DNA of 64,000 nucleotides, from assembly GCA_965205485.1 (NCBI GenBank), contig OZ242180.1, forward strand, positions 1,888,001 through 1,952,000. The letters run 5' to 3'. The stretch is from Candidatus Latescibacterota bacterium (GTDB taxonomy: Bacteria; Latescibacterota; UBA2968; GCA-2709665). Shown in pieces: positions 9,901-19,137 of this stretch. Below the pieces are notes generated by a model. The model searched no databases, was not told the DNA's origin, and saw only the letters and a program-made list of their open reading frames with translations. Both the position numbers and the translations under genes were made by a program. Positions within the stretch are counted from its first letter, which is position 1, and the number at the start of each line of letters is the position of its first letter.

Positions 9901-10641
9901 TTCCGCCTCTTTCGGGTCCTTCTTGCCCAGCGCGATCCTGCCGATTTCCAGCAGGGCGTCGGGGGTCCATTTGGAGTCCGGTCCCGGGGCGGTGATTGTC
10001 CTGAACCGGACCTGCGCTTCATCGGGGCGTCCGGCGTCCAGGAGGACGAGCCCCCAGTTGTAGTTGGCTTCCGCGACGAGTCCGGATTGCGGGAAATTCG
10101 CGGCGAGCGCGCCGAACGCCCTCCCTGCGGCGTCCGGGTCCTTCGCCTTGCCGAAATTCAGCCCTGCCGCGAGGAGGTTTCCGGCAGCCTGTTTCGCCGC
10201 GGGGAACCGGTCGTGCGCTTCCTGGAAGGCGGCGCCCGCCATTGCGTATTCGGAAAGACGCTCGAGCGCCTCGGCCTTCCGGCGCATCACCGGGGCCGCT
10301 TCGAGGCGTCCGGGATAGCGAACGAGAAAATCACCGTACGCTTCAACGGCGTCTCCGTATTGTTCGCCCAGAAAATGGGCCTCTCCGAGCTGATAGAGCG
10401 CCGCGGGAAGCCGCGCGCTTGCGGGGTACCCGGCGATGAAGCGCCGGAACTCCTGCGCCGCATTGGCATAGTCCCGGTTGTCGAAAAGCCGTTGCGCAAG
10501 CTCGAAACTCTCGTCTTCGCCTTCGGCGGCCTGTCCCGAAACCGGTGCGGTCCATGCAAACAGGACACAGAGACCGATGGCCGCAGCCGGAAAGAATCGC
10601 CGCCCTGACGCGTGGGCGTTGAGAATGCGTGAAATATACAT
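6946..10641 (-). CDS. Large exported tetratricopeptide-repeat protein (BamD/CpoB-like TPR_6 repeats)
   Basis: Signal peptide followed by many helical repeats ending in xYPxS/xFPxS. Confidence 0.85.
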   Translation of the reverse strand: MYISRILNAHASGRRFFPAAAIGLCVLFAWTAPVSGQAAEGEDESFELAQRLFDNRDYANAAQEFRRFIAGYPASARLPAALYQLGEAHFLGEQYGDAVEAYGDFLVRYPGRLEAAPVMRRKAEALERLSEYAMAGAAFQEAHDRFPAAKQAAGNLLAAGLNFGKAKDPDAAGRAFGALAANFPQSGLVAEANYNWGLVLLDAGRPDEAQVRFRTITAPGPDSKWTPDALLEIGRIALGKKDPKEAEAAFGRLRRAYPRSSASGASYLAQASWYEGRGNWSRAAEIYELARGSLPQSESRQQAVLGLANAWRELGRTAEALALFTEFINAYAASPHLDRAWLGLGRAHAGLKQHREAQNAFRRLRELYPESEAGIRAYAEMGDVWRAAGAPRRALRAYRAYIEETEAPDAAASARLRIAHTYEQDLGWHDLALETYRDLADTAPADVAGEAQFGIARILDRTGQADPAIREYRTYLQKFHRRAEEAQNRIRYLREFGRESTGIPAAELAALLSNLPAIASDPYAQFVLGRFLHSRRQYAEAAEQLAAALSTDAPQPFAAEATWLLGESALKVARESGLQGRPDAESFWYDKGLAALREVEAGHPESEFADNAALLRIETETLQAEDPDSVRARRQLAGYGEFKAAYPESDLLDRVLLAMADAMRTLGGFEPAWIDTALTTYRGIRNAYPQSPAAERATYGIGLCQARKNDYVSAEETLRDFLFEYPESDLEGHARYQLGRILLDRGFPRSAADDLTELLAGPAPAGLARSARDLLAESYYRAGDYRRAIDVDVELLSAGPEGPVLRRLARSYEANGQPAEAIDACKALLDAFPNAAYADSFAYTRARLLAELKRNADAVTAFKAFPKQYPESPLKAKAGKTLAALLFETEDYPGALAALAQVPADARDESVAGREVLSLYRLKRVQEAKKASGVFKKSFPNSRDWLARFRIEEGRYYQRAGNFKKARQIFEDVVRKHPGGEAAAEAAWYRVRTLKREGEKEAYREALAAFVKARSGSRHWPAAALELADILYESGDYERASRAYRNVLEAGPSPEETPNVLSRLMKVHRRLKLLDTAIAYANRLVQEFPGHPLASDVRIDIGTMLHDNKQFRLAIARLTPLLKNAEGNDWSTIQFWLARSHFGLGDYESAKREYLKLLYQFQGAPQWAASAHDGLATCYEAQGKFTEAIRELKAIQRREGAASDFGLQAGKRIEMLEALLDGSQEATAPTQ

Positions 10642-10690
10642 ATTTTATGGAGGTTATGAGTGTCTACGGGGCCGTGTAACCAACGATGTC

Positions 10691-10719
10691 AATTTATCAA
10701 ATTCGCGCGCGCGGGTCAA
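10691..10719 (-). promoter_or_regulatory. Putative sigma70 promoter for the TPR gene
   Basis: Minus strand TTGACC-N17-TAAATT with TGn extension, 50 nt upstream of the ATG. Confidence 0.5.
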
Positions 10720-10854
10720 CCCCTGACTTCGATTCCCGCGGTTCGTGAACGGCATTCTCGGCGCGCGCGGATCGGCTTCTTCGCGTGGGGTTTATCCGGC
10801 AGGTGTCGACTGCAAGTTTGGCAGACCCATTGGCCCCGCGCAGCGGATAGGCGT

Positions 10855-10882
10855 TTGACAGAGCGGCGCGGGGGGTTATCAT
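10855..10882 (+). promoter_or_regulatory. Putative sigma70 promoter for the ispE operon
   Basis: TTGACA-N16-TATCAT. Confidence 0.5.
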
Positions 10883-10884
10883 GG

Positions 10885-11410
10885 GCAAGGAAGAAGGAAG
10901 AAAGAAAAAGGAAGAAGGAAGAAGGAAAAAGAAATGCGGTGAGACGGGAGACGTAAGCCGGGAGAAGAAATCCTTGCCAGATAAGGAATTCCTCCTAGCC
11001 TTTGGCACGAGAAGAATCGTCACAAGGCGGGTAATCTCTCCCCTCTCACCGCTTCTCTGAGACGACCGGTGTAAGTACCCCCGGGAGCGAGGGCATCCCT
11101 GCCCTCGGCGGCCGATTCGCGAGGTCCCCCGGGGTCGTATAACGAGACGTGTATTCGCATGGAAGGGAAGCAATAGGATAGGCCCCTGGTGTGCGAATTG
11201 GTCGGCTGCACGGAGTACGAGGGCAGGGATGCCCTCGCTCCGGATATTGGTAGATCATGTTGCGTTTTCTTTGCCTTCCTCCCTCTTTCCTTTAGGAGAG
11301 AGGGCCGGGGAGAGAGGTCTGCGGGGGGAACGGTGGCTTTTGGTTTTGCCTTTCGTTTTTAGCTGATGGCTGACGGCTGATAGCTGACAGCTGACAGCTG
11401 ACAGCTCACA
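10885..11410. repeat. Composite repeat cluster (REPIN-like doublet 11085-11240, heptamer arrays)
   Basis: GAAGAAG/GAAGGAA array, GAGACG-flanked element, inverted REP pair, GGAGAGAGGGCCGGGGAGAGAGG unit, (GCTGAYR)n array. Confidence 0.9.
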
Positions 11411-11421
11411 AGGCTTCTTTA

Positions 11422-12297
11422 ATGCATCGCTTGATCGAAATCGCGCCCGCAAAGCTGAACCTGGGCCTGAAGGTCCTTCGCCGCAGGGAGGACGGCTATC
11501 ACGATATCGTTTCCGTTCTTCAGACGGTGGATCTGTGCGACCGGCTGGCGTTCACGTGGGCCGCGGCCGGCGAGACGCTGGTGCATTGCGATCATCCGGA
11601 CGTCCCCGCCGGGCCGGAGAATCTCGTTTTCCGTGCGGTCGAGGTCCTCCGCCGCGAAACGGGCGACAACCGGGGTGTGCGCGTGGACCTGGACAAACGC
11701 ATTCCTGCCGGCGCCGGCCTTGGAGGCGGGAGTTCCAACGCGGCCGCAACCCTGCGGGCGCTGGACCGGCTCTGGGGATTGCGGCTGGGTCCGGAACGTC
11801 TGTCCGGTCTCGCGGCGGAACTCGGGTCCGACGTTCCGTTCTTCCTGACAGGCGGAACGGCCGTTGCGACGGGGCGTGGAGAGCGGATCCGACCGGTGGA
11901 TTGGGAGGACGATTTCTGGTACGTGCTGGTGTATCCCGGGTTTCCCGTTTCCACCGCCTGGGCTTACCAAAACGTGAGAATTGGCTTGACAGAAACAGAG
12001 GCGTATGGTACATTTCTGGACTTTGCGGAAAAATCGGGACGGATCTGCGCGGACCGGTTGTTCGCCTGTCTGGAGAACGACTTTCTTCCCGTTGTGGAAG
12101 CCGCCGGCAAAGGCGTGAAGCGGATCCTCGCCGCGCTGGCCGCCGGAGGTGCGGTCGCCTGCTCGGTATCGGGCAGCGGGTCCACGCTCTTCGGGGTTTT
12201 TCGTGAGGCCCGGCAGGCCTCGGCCGCGGTCGTCCGCGTGCGGGGCCGTGGGCGTCGGGTCTATCTGTGTCGCTACCGACCGGGTTGTGGTTCTTGA
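11422..12297 (+). CDS. ispE: 4-diphosphocytidyl-2-C-methyl-D-erythritol kinase
   Basis: APAKLNLGL, DGYHDI, KRIPAGAGLGGGSSNAA, LGSDVPFF, SGSGS motifs. Confidence 0.97.
   Translation: MHRLIEIAPAKLNLGLKVLRRREDGYHDIVSVLQTVDLCDRLAFTWAAAGETLVHCDHPDVPAGPENLVFRAVEVLRRETGDNRGVRVDLDKRIPAGAGLGGGSSNAAATLRALDRLWGLRLGPERLSGLAAELGSDVPFFLTGGTAVATGRGERIRPVDWEDDFWYVLVYPGFPVSTAWAYQNVRIGLTETEAYGTFLDFAEKSGRICADRLFACLENDFLPVVEAAGKGVKRILAALAAGGAVACSVSGSGSTLFGVFREARQASAAVVRVRGRGRRVYLCRYRPGCGS
11986..12014 (+). promoter_or_regulatory. Promoter internal to ispE, driving tRNA-Gln/rplY
   Basis: TTGACA-N17-TACATT with TGn extension in an AT-rich patch of the ispE ORF. Confidence 0.55.
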
Positions 12298-12368
12298 TGC
12301 CGGGTCGTCTAAGGGTAAGACAGCGGCCTTTGGAGCCGTTTATCGGGGTTCGAATCCCTGCCCGGCAG
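12298..12368 (+). tRNA. tRNA-Gln(UUG), CCA not encoded
   Basis: Acceptor stem TGCCGGG/CCCGGCA, D arm GTCT/AGAC, anticodon arm GCGGC-CT-TTG-GA-GCCGT, GTTCGAATC T loop; canonical position after ispE. Confidence 0.95.
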
Positions 12369-12403
12369 TACATAACGGGATTGTTTATGCGGAGGTATTG
12401 ATC

Positions 12404-13087
12404 ATGGCTGACAATAACGGCGTAAGTTTGCAGGCCGAAGTTCGCACCGGAACCGGCAAGGGCGAGGCCAAGCGCATCCGGCGGACCGGGAGGATTCCGG
12501 CGGTCGTCTACGGTGACCGGAACGAGACAATCGCCTGTTCGGTAGACGCGAAGGAGTTGGCAACGGTCCTGCACGAGCACGGTCGGAATACGCTTCTGTC
12601 CCTGGTCGTGGGCAACGGGGAAGGGCGGTCCGAAGACACAGCCATCGTCAAGGACCTCCAGCACCACCCCGTCGGCGGGCATCTCCTCCACGCGGATTTC
12701 TACCGGATTTCGCTCACCCGGACAATCGTCGTGGAAGTCCGCGTCGAAGCCGAAGGCATACCGGCCGGCGTACGCACTGATGGCGGTATCCTGGAACAGT
12801 TGCTTCACCAGGTGGAGGTGTCGTGTCTGCCCGGCGAGATCCCCGACAGCATCAGCTTCGACGTGACAGATCTGAATATCGGAGACTCGGTGCACGTTTC
12901 CGATCTGAGCGTAACGGGCAACGTGGAGATCGTCACCGAGGGTGACCGGTCCCTGTTCGTGGTGGTGCCGCCGTCCGTTGCGCAGGTCGAAGAGGAAGAG
13001 GAAGAGCTGATCGAGGAAGAGGAAGAGATGCAGGAGCCCGAGGTCATCGAACGCGGGAAGCGGGACGAGGAGGAAGTGGAGGAATAA
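12404..13087 (+). CDS. rplY: 50S ribosomal protein L25/Ctc
   Basis: GRIPAVVYG, QHHPV..LLHADF, acidic tail; GGAGG RBS before ATG 12404. Confidence 0.95.
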   Translation: MADNNGVSLQAEVRTGTGKGEAKRIRRTGRIPAVVYGDRNETIACSVDAKELATVLHEHGRNTLLSLVVGNGEGRSEDTAIVKDLQHHPVGGHLLHADFYRISLTRTIVVEVRVEAEGIPAGVRTDGGILEQLLHQVEVSCLPGEIPDSISFDVTDLNIGDSVHVSDLSVTGNVEIVTEGDRSLFVVVPPSVAQVEEEEEELIEEEEEMQEPEVIERGKRDEEEVEE

Positions 13088-13093
13088 CATCGG

Positions 13094-13218
13094 GGAGACG
13101 GTAGAGGGAAGACGGGAGATGAAATCCTCGCCCGATATTTTATTCCTTGACTTGCCTCCGGCACGAGAAGAGACCTCACAAGGCAGGTAATCTCTAACGT
13201 CTCCCGTCTCACGTCTTA
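13094..13218. repeat. Heptamer-flanked miniature element
   Basis: GAGACG arrays on the left, CGTCTC arrays on the right, core TTGCCTCCGGCACGAGAAGA; ~9 copies in the window. Confidence 0.8.
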
Positions 13219-13237
13219 CCGCTTCTGGAGGTTTTCC

Positions 13238-13795
13238 GTGAAGGTTGTCGTGGGTCTGGGCAACCCGGGTTCCGAATACGCCCATACCCGCCACAACCTG
13301 GGCTATCGGGTGGTGGACCTGCTGGCGGAAAGGCTGAAGGGGACCTGGTCGGAAAGCGCCTGGTATTTTTTTTGCCGGATCGAGAAGCGTTCGGGCGCGT
13401 TGCTGCTGGTAAAACCCGTCACCTTCATGAATCGCAGCGGCGTTGCGGTTGCGGATGTTCAGGACCGGTTCGACCTGGATATCGGGGACGTCCTGGTGGT
13501 GGTGGACGACGTTCACCTGGATCCGGGCCGGATCCGGCTGCGCCGAGGGGGCAGCGACGGGGGTCACAACGGCCTGGGGTCGATTATCGACTGCATCGGG
13601 TCCGAGGCGTTTCCCAGGCTGAGAGTGGGTGTCGGCGCGCCGCCCGAGGGCGCGGATCGGATCGAACACGTCCTGAGCCGGTTCGAAGACGATGAAACCG
13701 ACGTGATGGACGCGGCGGTCCGCGACGCCGCCGACGGCGTGGAATGCTGGCTTGAATACGGAATCGACGCGGCGATGAATCGGTATAATTCGTAA
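13238..13795 (+). CDS. pth: Peptidyl-tRNA hydrolase
   Basis: VGLGNPG..Y..TRHNLG, KPVTFMNRSG, GGHNGL. Confidence 0.97.
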   Translation: MKVVVGLGNPGSEYAHTRHNLGYRVVDLLAERLKGTWSESAWYFFCRIEKRSGALLLVKPVTFMNRSGVAVADVQDRFDLDIGDVLVVVDDVHLDPGRIRLRRGGSDGGHNGLGSIIDCIGSEAFPRLRVGVGAPPEGADRIEHVLSRFEDDETDVMDAAVRDAADGVECWLEYGIDAAMNRYNS

Positions 13796-13799
13796 AGGC

Positions 13800-13920
13800 G
13801 GGAAGACGGGAGACGTAAGACGTTAGATGAGATCATTGCCGGGTATGTTATTCCTCGTTGCCTCCGGCACGAGTAGAAACCTGACAAGGCAGGTAATCTC
13901 TCCCGTCTAACGTCTTACCT
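13800..13920. repeat. Heptamer-flanked miniature element
   Basis: Same family as 13094-13218. Confidence 0.8.
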
Positions 13921-13945
13921 CTTCCCGATTTTTGGAGGTTTTTCC

Positions 13946-15958
13946 ATGATTTGGACGCCGATATTCGGGATCGCAGGGCTGCTGGTCGCCGGCCTGGTGT
14001 ACGTCCTGATCACCCGCAAACCGGCGGGTACGGACCGGATGCGGGAGATTTCGGATGCCATCCACGAAGGCGCCATGGCGTTTTTGAAGCGTGAGTACGT
14101 TGTACTCGGAATTTTCATCGTGGCGGTATTCATCCTGCTTTCGATCGGCATCAGGCCGTTCAGCACGGCCTTCGCCTTTCTGGCCGGCGCAATCTGTTCG
14201 ATATGCGCCGGTTTTTTCGGGATGAAAGCGGCCACCAAGGCCAACGTGCGCACCGCGTACGCCGCCAACCAGGAGGGCCAGGCGACCGCCCTGAGCGTGG
14301 CGTTCTCCGGCGGTACGGTGATGGGCCTCTCCGTGGCCAGCCTGGGCCTGGTGGGGGTGGGCGTGCTGTTCCTTCTATATGGAAACATGGACCAGGCGGT
14401 CGTCATCAACGGATTCGCGATGGGCGCCAGTTCCATTGCCCTGTTCGCGCGCGTGGGCGGCGGTATCTATACCAAGACGGCTGACGTGGGCGCGGACCTC
14501 GTCGGCAAGGTGGAGGCCGGCATTCCCGAGGACGATCCGCGAAACCCCGCGGCGCTCGCCGATTTCGTGGGCGATAATGTGGGCGACGTGGCCGGGATGG
14601 GGGCCGACATCTTCGAGTCCTACGTGGGGTCCATCGTGGCGACCATCGCCATCGCCGCCACGGCTGCGCCGGCGTTGTTACCCAAGCTGTATGGCAGTTC
14701 CGTGTACGACGGCGAGGTCGTGAAGCTGACGGCCATGCAACTGCCGCTTATCGTGGCCACAATCGGCCTGGTGGCGTCGCTGATCGGCGTTCTGGCGATG
14801 CAGGTCCTGCAGCGCTTCAGTCCCGCGGCCGCCCTCCGGTACGCTTCTTTCGTGGCCGCTGGCGTCATGTTCGCCGGCAGCTATTTCGCGGTGGACGGCA
14901 TGGGCCTCTCCGAAGGCGTGTTCTGGGCGATTCTCCTGGGCGGTCTCACCGGCATCCTCATCGGTCTGCTCACCGAGTATTACACCGGCGGGGCCCCGGT
15001 GAGCAAGGTGGCCGAATCATCTGAAACCGGACCCGCCACCAATATCATCTCGGGCCTGGCCATCGGCATGCAGAGCACCTTCCTTCCCGTGCTGTGCATC
15101 TGCGCCGCCATCGGGTTCGCCTATCACTTCGCCGGGCTGTACGGCATCGGCATCGCGGCGGTGGGAATGCTGGCAACCGTGGGCATCACCATGGCGGTGG
15201 ACGCGTACGGGCCCATCGCCGACAACGCGGGCGGCATCTCCGAGATGGCCGAACTCGGACCGGAGACCAGGAAGATCACCGACGGCCTGGACGCGCTGGG
15301 CAACACCACGGCGGCCATCGGCAAGGGCTTCGCCATCGGTTCCGCCGCGCTCACGGCCCTGGCCCTGTTCTCCGCGTATGCGTCGACGGTGAAGCTGGAG
15401 GTGATCAACCTCACGTCGCCGATGGTGGTGATCGGCCTGTTCATCGGCGGCGCCATCCCGTTCCTCGTGGCTGCGCAGACCATGACCTCGGTGGGACGGG
15501 CGGCGTTCAGGATGGTGGAAGAGGTCCGCAGGCAGTTCAGGGAGATTCCGGGATTGATGGACGGTACCGGCAAGCCGGATACACGTCGGTGCGTGGATAT
15601 CAGTACGGTCGCGGCCCTGCGGGAAATGGTCCCGCCCGGGGTGGTCGCCGTACTCACGCCCGTCCTGGTCGGATTCATCCTCGGCAAGGAGGCGCTGGGC
15701 GGCATGCTGGCCGGGGCGCTGTTGAGCGGCATGCTCATGGCGCTGATGATGGCCAACAGCGGCGGCGTGCTGGACAACGGCAAGAAGCATATCGAAGAGG
15801 GCCATTTCGGCGGCAAGGGCTCGGATGCGCACAAAGCCGCGGTCGTCGGCGACACCGTGGGCGATCCGCTGAAGGACACCTCCGGCCCCTCGCTGAACAT
15901 ACTCATCAAACTTATGTCCGTCGTCTCGCTGGTTCTGGCTCCGTTGTTGATTGATTGA
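13946..15958 (+). CDS. hppA: Membrane-bound ion-translocating pyrophosphatase, K+-dependent type (Na+ or H+ pumping)
   Basis: [54 protein letters not shown] (Ala, not Lys) indicates the K+-dependent class. Confidence 0.95.
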   Translation: MIWTPIFGIAGLLVAGLVYVLITRKPAGTDRMREISDAIHEGAMAFLKREYVVLGIFIVAVFILLSIGIRPFSTAFAFLAGAICSICAGFFGMKAATKANVRTAYAANQEGQATALSVAFSGGTVMGLSVASLGLVGVGVLFLLYGNMDQAVVINGFAMGASSIALFARVGGGIYTKTADVGADLVGKVEAGIPEDDPRNPAALADFVGDNVGDVAGMGADIFESYVGSIVATIAIAATAAPALLPKLYGSSVYDGEVVKLTAMQLPLIVATIGLVASLIGVLAMQVLQRFSPAAALRYASFVAAGVMFAGSYFAVDGMGLSEGVFWAILLGGLTGILIGLLTEYYTGGAPVSKVAESSETGPATNIISGLAIGMQSTFLPVLCICAAIGFAYHFAGLYGIGIAAVGMLATVGITMAVDAYGPIADNAGGISEMAELGPETRKITDGLDALGNTTAAIGKGFAIGSAALTALALFSAYASTVKLEVINLTSPMVVIGLFIGGAIPFLVAAQTMTSVGRAAFRMVEEVRRQFREIPGLMDGTGKPDTRRCVDISTVAALREMVPPGVVAVLTPVLVGFILGKEALGGMLAGALLSGMLMALMMANSGGVLDNGKKHIEEGHFGGKGSDAHKAAVVGDTVGDPLKDTSGPSLNILIKLMSVVSLVLAPLLID

Positions 15959-16004
15959 TTCAATAGAAGGAATCTTGGGCCCTTTTTCTTATATGCATAT
16001 TGAA

Positions 16005-16325
16005 GAGGGTAGAGGGGAGACGTAAGACGGTAGATGAGATCCTTGCCCGGCATCTAATTCCTCGTTGCCTTCGGCACGAGAGGAAGCCTCACAGGGCAGG
16101 AAGTCTCTAACCTCTCCCGGCTTACTTCTCACCAGGTGGTGGGGCAGGGTGTGGTAATCTACCGTCTCCCGGCTTACGTCTACCCGCTTTTGGCTGATCG
16201 CTTTTCTTTGTGCCTTCGTGTCTTTGTGTGAGCTGATTTTCGTCTAAGCTGCCTTTGATTCTTGCTTCTGATCTTGCCTTTCGTTTCTGGCTGACGGCTG
16301 GCTGATAGCTGACAGCTGACAGCTT
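16005..16325. repeat. Composite repeat cluster
   Basis: Heptamer-flanked element, CTTTGTG 9-mers, (GCTGAYR)n array. Confidence 0.85.
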
Positions 16326-16329
16326 CCTT

Positions 16330-16393
16330 TATCGCCCCGCTCGTGAGCGCCCGGTCGGGCTGGTCGCGGGCCAATTGTCCAGGGGGAGGTTTC
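16330..16393 (+). promoter_or_regulatory. Possible rpsF leader (S6:S18 autoregulatory RNA)
   Basis: CCCGC...GCGGG stem and a C-rich segment able to pair with the GGGGGAGG RBS directly upstream of rpsF; structure not computed. Confidence 0.3.
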
Positions 16394-16780
16394 ATGTCCA
16401 GACGTTACGAACTCACGCTTATTGTCAACCCGCAGGCGCCCGACGGCGCGGTGGACGACCTCGTCGCGCGTTTCGATCGCCTCGTTTCCGCGGGCGGCGG
16501 CCGCTCGGTGGACGTCAACCGCCTGGGGGCGCGCAAGCTCGCCTACGAAATCGGCAGACAGAACCGCGGCGACTATACGTTCATCCGGTTCGAGGCCCCG
16601 CAGGAGGCCCTTCCCGAAATCGACCGCGCATTCAAGCTCGACGAGTCGGTACTCCGGCATATGGTCGTGCTGGATGAAACCCCGGTGGAGGAAGAACCGG
16701 AAGAGGCGGATGAGGAGGAAACCGAAGACGGAGAGGTCACGAACGCCGGAGGCGGAAACGCGAACGAGGAGGCGACATGA
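16394..16780 (+). CDS. rpsF: 30S ribosomal protein S6
   Basis: [31 protein letters not shown] before ATG 16394. Confidence 0.95.
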   Translation: MSRRYELTLIVNPQAPDGAVDDLVARFDRLVSAGGGRSVDVNRLGARKLAYEIGRQNRGDYTFIRFEAPQEALPEIDRAFKLDESVLRHMVVLDETPVEEEPEEADEEETEDGEVTNAGGGNANEEAT

Positions 16781-17001
16781 ACCGGTCCAGTGTGAAGGTA
16801 TGCAGGTTTTGCGAAGACAAGGCGTTGACGATCGACTATAAGGACGTACGGCTGCTGCAGCGGTTCGTCACGGAGCGCGGAAAGATCATCCCCCGCCGCG
16901 TATCGGGGACGTGCGCCCGGCACCAGCGCATCGTCACCCGGCACCTGAAACGCGCCCGCCAGATCGCGCTGTTGCCTTTTGCAACAGACAGCATGTCGTA
17001 A
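16777..17001 (+). CDS. rpsR: 30S ribosomal protein S18 (zinc-ribbon type)
   Basis: [34 protein letters not shown]. Confidence 0.97.
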   Translation: MNRSSVKVCRFCEDKALTIDYKDVRLLQRFVTERGKIIPRRVSGTCARHQRIVTRHLKRARQIALLPFATDSMS

Positions 17002-17004
17002 AGG

Positions 17005-18030
17005 CGGGGACAAGGAAAAGGGAAAAAGGAAGAAGGAAGAAGGAAGAAGGTTGAGGGAATCCTTGCCAAGAAAGATATTCCTCCTTGCCTCCGGCCCGAG
17101 AAATTACCCTTTACGGCATGCGATCTCTTCCTTCGTGCGTCTCTCCGCCTCAGACGCGGCCACGGCAGGTTCCCTCGGGAGCGAGGGCATCCCTGCCCTC
17201 GACGGCTGAATCGCGAAGTCGGGGTGCCGTTAATCGAGACGTGTTTTCGGATGTAAGGGAAGCAATAGGACCTTGATATTGAAACTCAACGATTTCTCGA
17301 AGTACGAGGGCAGGGATGCCCTCGCTCCGGACATTGGTAGATCATGTCGCGTTTCCTTTGCCTTTTCTCCCTCTTTCCTTTAGGAGAGAGGGCCGGGGAG
17401 AGAGGTCTGGGTGGCGGGGAGCGGTTGCCTTTGATCTTGCCTTTCGCTTTTGGCTGACGGCTGATGGCTGAGAGCTGACAGCTTTGTCTGAGAGGGCCGG
17501 GGAGAGAGGTCTGGGTGGCGGGGAGCGGTGGCTGTTGACTTTGCAATTCGTTTTGCTTTTAGCTGATGGCTGACCGCTTAGAGCTGATAGCTTTTCTTTG
17601 TGCCTTCGCGTCTTTGTGTGAGTCGATTCTGGTTTTGTTCTTGATCAATGCTGTCCAGGATAGTTTGGAAAAGACGATCTTGGATGCGTAAGTACCTGTT
17701 TTTATTGAAAGTCGTTTCGATGTGCCAATGCTGGTTCCCGGCTTTTGGACACGGCTGTCCAAGACAGGAGCCGAATTGGGGCCGGTGTGGTTGGCGTTTC
17801 CGGGAGCGAGGGCATCCTGCCCTCGACGTCGGAAAACTCGTCCCACACGGTGTTTTGCGCGAACCGGTGTCGGTTAGAATGGACACGTCTGTCCCTCGAC
17901 GCGAATTGGGATAGGTGACGCGAAGTTCGAGGGCAGGATGCCCTCGCTCCGGTTATTGGTGGATCATGTCGTGATAGCGGTCGGAAAAGACGATTTTGGA
18001 CAGGTTTTGTTCTTGATCTTTGCTGAAGGC
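17005..18030. repeat. ~1-kb repeat cluster between rpsR and rplI (REPIN-like doublets 17179-17327 and 17804-17949)
   Basis: Two inverted REP pairs, GGAGAGAGG units, heptamer arrays; no credible CDS. Confidence 0.9.
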
Positions 18031-18066
18031 TAACAGCTGCTTTTTCTCTGTACGAAAGGGATCCCC

Positions 18067-18510
18067 ATGAAAATCATCCTTACCGAAACTCTGGACAACC
18101 TTGGCGACGCCGGGTCGGTGGTTGACGTGAAGGACGGGTACGCCAGGAACTACCTCATCCCCCGGAATCTGGCCCTCGTGGCTACCAGGGGCAACAGGAA
18201 GGTGTACGAGGAGCTCAAGCGCCAGAAGGAAGCCCGAGACAACCGCGCCCAGCGCGACGCCGTGGCGCTGTCGAAGAAAATCGAAAAGGCATCCTGCACC
18301 ATTCCCGTGGCCGTGGGCAAGGAAGACCAGATCTTCGGTTCCGTCACCGCGCAGCACGTTTCCGAGCACCTCGCCGAGCAGGGCTTCGAGATCGAACGGC
18401 GCCGGATCGAGCTCGATGAACCCATCCGCGCCCTGGGCGTCTACGACGTCTCCATCCGCCTTCACGCAGAGGTCAGCGCCACCGTCAAGGTCTGGGTCGT
18501 GAAGGAATAA
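18067..18510 (+). CDS. rplI: 50S ribosomal protein L9
   Basis: MKIILTE..LG..G.VVDVKDGYARNYLIP, IFGSVT, PIRALG. Confidence 0.97.
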   Translation: MKIILTETLDNLGDAGSVVDVKDGYARNYLIPRNLALVATRGNRKVYEELKRQKEARDNRAQRDAVALSKKIEKASCTIPVAVGKEDQIFGSVTAQHVSEHLAEQGFEIERRRIELDEPIRALGVYDVSIRLHAEVSATVKVWVVKE

Positions 18511-18519
18511 CTGGCCGAA

Positions 18520-18790
18520 AGGCGGGTAGAGGGAAGAGGGGAGACGGGAGAAGAAGCCCTTGCCAATATGTCCCTCCGACTCGCCTGCGGCATGAGAAAG
18601 AACCTCACCCGGCATGCGATCTCTACCCTCTCCCGGCTTACGTCTCACCAGGTGGTGGGCCGGGGTGGGATCCTCTCCCGTCTCACGTCTCCCCTGGTTT
18701 TCTTTGTGCCATTGCGTCTCCGTGTGAGGCCGGTTATCCGGCCTTTCTCCCTCTTTCCTTTAGGAGAGAGGGCCGGGGAGAGAGGTCGCT
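18520..18790. repeat. Composite repeat cluster
   Basis: Heptamer-flanked element plus CTCCCTCTTTCCTTTAGGAGAGAGGGCCGGGGAGAGAGG. Confidence 0.85.
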
Positions 18791-19137
18791 CTTAGCCTCT
18801 TTCTTTCACCCACCTGAACGAATCGTTCCATCCTTCCCGCTATTTCACCGTCCGATGCCTCACCCCATGAATCCCGCCATTGGCTGAGCCGCCGCTGGTA
18901 ACCGCCACGGCTTCTCTGCCCGCTTTCCCCGCTAATTCGACTTAAAAAGCGCCTCCGTCACCGGTTTTCGCAACCGCGGCCCTGATATTCCCGCCAGTCC
19001 CGGTCTCACCCATCCTGTACTGTCTCCCTGCTCGCGGCGCCCGTCCTAAGGTTCCGCGCCTTGCTGGCATGCTATTTGCCTGCATCCGGCCCGATGCTGC
19101 GTCCATTGGTGTGAGGTGTCTTACAGGGAGGATAGAG

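Noticed and set aside
12985..13087. Poly-Glu tails of L25 and S6
   Set aside because: Acidic tails are ordinary for Ctc-type L25 and S6
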